DNA of 64,000 nucleotides from a virus: IMG/VR virus record IMGVR_UViG_3300003155_000003; one strand, 5' to 3'. Shown piece by piece: positions 62,113 to 64,000 of this stretch (position 1 is its first letter; each line of letters starts with the position of its first letter). The notes under the pieces were generated by a model. It saw only the letters and a program-made list of their open reading frames with translations, ran no database searches and was not told where the DNA came from. The position numbers and the translations under genes were made by a program.

Positions 62113-62766
62113 TTAGTAATGCAGTTCTTTTTTGGCTTTCTCTTCCCAGTATTGAATATCCGCCTTTAGTTCACTAATATACTTGATAGAATTCTTAGTT
62201 CGAGGCATATCAAAGAACTCTACTAAAAGTATATTGGTAATTCTCCCTGACTCAGGCATACGTTCTTTAATATAAGGTGGAGGAGTTACTAATACCTCGA
62301 ATAACATATAAGCATCTGAAGACAGGTTAGCTTTCATATAATCATAAAGCAATTCCAGCATATCTTCTTTAGCTTTAGTTTCTTCCTCATCATCTTCGAG
62401 TTCCTTATCATTATCAAATAAATCCTCAAGCTTAAATAAGTTCTGATTATATTCTGCAACCTCTCCATAGGCAAATCTCAGAAGCTTATTTTTAAAAGTA
62501 GCTAGAGATGATAAGATTCTTGCTTTAAGATGTTCTTCACTACAAGTACCGTAGTACTTATTAAAAACAAATAACATTTTATCCCAGAAATAAGAAGATA
62601 TTATATCTGGAGTAAGGTTGAATCTTTTGTAATCTATCTGTTTGGTTAGGTTCCTAATAACAGGTTTACAAACTTTATACAACCTATTAAACATTGCTTC
62701 ATCATAATCCTGCATAGGTTTTAATCTGTGCAGTTCTGAACCATTATTACCGTTGGTCTTTCTCAT
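62113..62766 (-). CDS. sigma-factor-like transcription regulator (tentative)
   Basis: 217 aa. The N-terminal block DEAMFNRLYKVCKPVIRNLTKQI is region-2-like. An acidic linker and a C-terminal HTH-like block RITNILLVEFFDMPRTKNSIKYISELKADI follow. It has its own early-type promoter at 62791-62856. Confidence 0.3.
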   Translation of the reverse strand: MRKTNGNNGSELHRLKPMQDYDEAMFNRLYKVCKPVIRNLTKQIDYKRFNLTPDIISSYFWDKMLFVFNKYYGTCSEEHLKARILSSLATFKNKLLRFAYGEVAEYNQNLFKLEDLFDNDKELEDDEEETKAKEDMLELLYDYMKANLSSDAYMLFEVLVTPPPYIKERMPESGRITNILLVEFFDMPRTKNSIKYISELKADIQYWEEKAKKELHY

Positions 62767-62790
62767 ATCTTTATAAATATTTCGTTAATG

Positions 62791-62856
62791 CAAATATATA
62801 AATTTATTCATTATATAATATAAGAATATTAAAATATTTCACCGAACGGCTGAGGA
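62791..62856 (-). promoter_or_regulatory. early-type promoter P13 on minus strand
   Basis: The reverse complement of 62791-62798 is TATATTTG. The reverse complement of 62850-62856 is TCCTCAG, 58 nt upstream. Confidence 0.6.
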
Positions 62857-62944
62857 TTAGAAGACTAGATACTGTGGACATGAGTTCAGAACTATATGGA
62901 GACTATCAAAATCTATTAGTTATTATATTGCAATATATTAATGT

Positions 62945-64000
62945 ATGAAAAAAGATAAAATCAAATTTTCGTTCGACCCGAGTTTCCAGTTAGAGATACT
63001 CCGGTTCATTATTCAAGATAAGGAAGGAGGTTTAGTACTGGGAAGATTAAAACCCAGTTACTTAGTTCTTATTGAGCATTCCTTAATATGTGAGGGTATA
63101 CTTAAGTACTTTAAGAAGACAAAAAAGATACCCTCTCAGAATGTACTAAAGGAAGTGATAAAGGAAATGCTAGAATCCAAGGCTTATGTAGATTTAGTAA
63201 CTAAGGATGACATACCAACTATTGAGAGAACCATTAAAAACCTCTATTCAATTCAACTATCGGATTCGGATTATATTAAAGAGAAGATTTATAAGTTCTC
63301 TACTTATGTTGAGATGAAGAACTTAAATGATTCATTTGACTTGGATAACTTCGAACAATACGAAGAATATTCTAAAAAGATTGAGAAGGTTCTTCAAAAG
63401 AGTAAGCCTAAGAAAGAGGATGAACCCTTATATATGATTCGAGATGTTACGGAGAGACAATTTAAAAGACAATCAGAACCTTCAGTAGTTCCCTGTCCGT
63501 TTAGGCAATTGAATGATTTGACCAATGCCGGAGGATTTCCAGTTGCTTCAGTAAATGTAATCTTGGATAGACCAAAGGCAAAGAAAACATTCTTCATGGT
63601 AAACCTTGCAAGAGGATACCTAAGAATGAAGAAGTCAGTATTATATATAGATACAGAAAATGGCCAAGAACAAATCATGGACCGTTTCATTCAATCAAGT
63701 ATCAATAAAACAAAGAAGGAATTATATTCCGGAGATTACGATAAACTCGAGGCTAAGCATTTAAGGAAATTGGCAAGGTTTGGAGTTGAATTGGTAGTTG
63801 AAAGAGTACCCGCATTAATTACTGACTGCAATTATATAAGAGAGAAGATATTAACTCTTAGAAGCCAGGGGATTGATATTAAGGTATTGATGGTCGATTA
63901 TGCAGGTAAGCTTGCATCATTAGCCAAGGATAAAGAGGATTTCGATAGAATCTCGAATGTATATATTGACTTACAGAACTTAGCAGAGGAACTACATTTA
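62945..64000 (+). CDS. DnaB-like replicative helicase (3'-truncated by window; absent from ORF track)
   Basis: My own translation from the ATG at 62945 stays open for 352 codons to the window end. It shows RecA-like blocks NVILDRPKAKKTFFMVNLA (degenerate Walker A) and DIKVLMVDYAGKL (Walker B) and a DnaB-like N-terminal helical region. Confidence 0.55.
   Translation, partial: MKKDKIKFSFDPSFQLEILRFIIQDKEGGLVLGRLKPSYLVLIEHSLICEGILKYFKKTKKIPSQNVLKEVIKEMLESKAYVDLVTKDDIPTIERTIKNLYSIQLSDSDYIKEKIYKFSTYVEMKNLNDSFDLDNFEQYEEYSKKIEKVLQKSKPKKEDEPLYMIRDVTERQFKRQSEPSVVPCPFRQLNDLTNAGGFPVASVNVILDRPKAKKTFFMVNLARGYLRMKKSVLYIDTENGQEQIMDRFIQSSINKTKKELYSGDYDKLEAKHLRKLARFGVELVVERVPALITDCNYIREKILTLRSQGIDIKVLMVDYAGKLASLAKDKEDFDRISNVYIDLQNLAEELHL

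Noticed and set aside
1-64000. A temperate lifestyle or prophage, and a crAss-like podovirus assignment.
   Set aside because: No integrase, repressor-like gene or att-like structure is seen in this window. The presence of sheath, tube, tape-measure and P2-type baseplate genes excludes a podovirus. Lifestyle cannot be decided from this window alone.

Overview
This window is a contiguous piece of a large, AT-rich tailed-phage genome with a contractile tail. Its promoters are of the Bacteroidota TTTG(-33)/TAnnTTTG(-7) type, so the host is very likely a member of Bacteroidota. Layout: (i) 1-16.7 kb holds about 38 small plus-strand early ORFs of unknown function in promoter-headed units. These include a poly-Asp/Glu protein, several Lys-rich proteins, a KTSC-domain protein and a long run of small acidic proteins. 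(ii) 16.5-18.1 kb is a mostly non-coding, repeat-rich, G-depleted hub around one small gene. (iii) 18.1-19.3 kb is an even more AT-rich two-gene island with duplicated promoters and strong terminators. (iv) 19.4-21.7 kb is a six-gene minus-strand island. (v) 21.8-24.3 kb carries a DUF3380-type muramidase endolysin with a coupled HExxH membrane protein, a free-standing HNH homing endonuclease and a C5 DNA methyltransferase. (vi) 24.6-62.0 kb is the late operon. In order it encodes TerL, portal, protease/scaffold-like protein, decoration protein, major capsid protein, a PKD-domain protein, a 2072-aa fibre with an S74 chaperone domain, BACON-like repeat proteins and an isolated cysteine-triplet/glycine-zipper gene cassette. 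It continues with sheath, tube, a tail chaperone with a clear -1 frameshift, tape measure, LysM protein, gpD-like hub, gpV spike, gpW/gp25, gpJ, gpI, a holin-like protein and a tail-collar fibre. (vii) 62.1-64.0 kb has a minus-strand sigma-factor-like gene and the 5' part of a DnaB-like helicase that runs off the window. I saw no tRNA, rRNA, CRISPR array, integrase or reverse transcriptase. All functional calls come from motif recognition by eye and gene order. No database search was possible.
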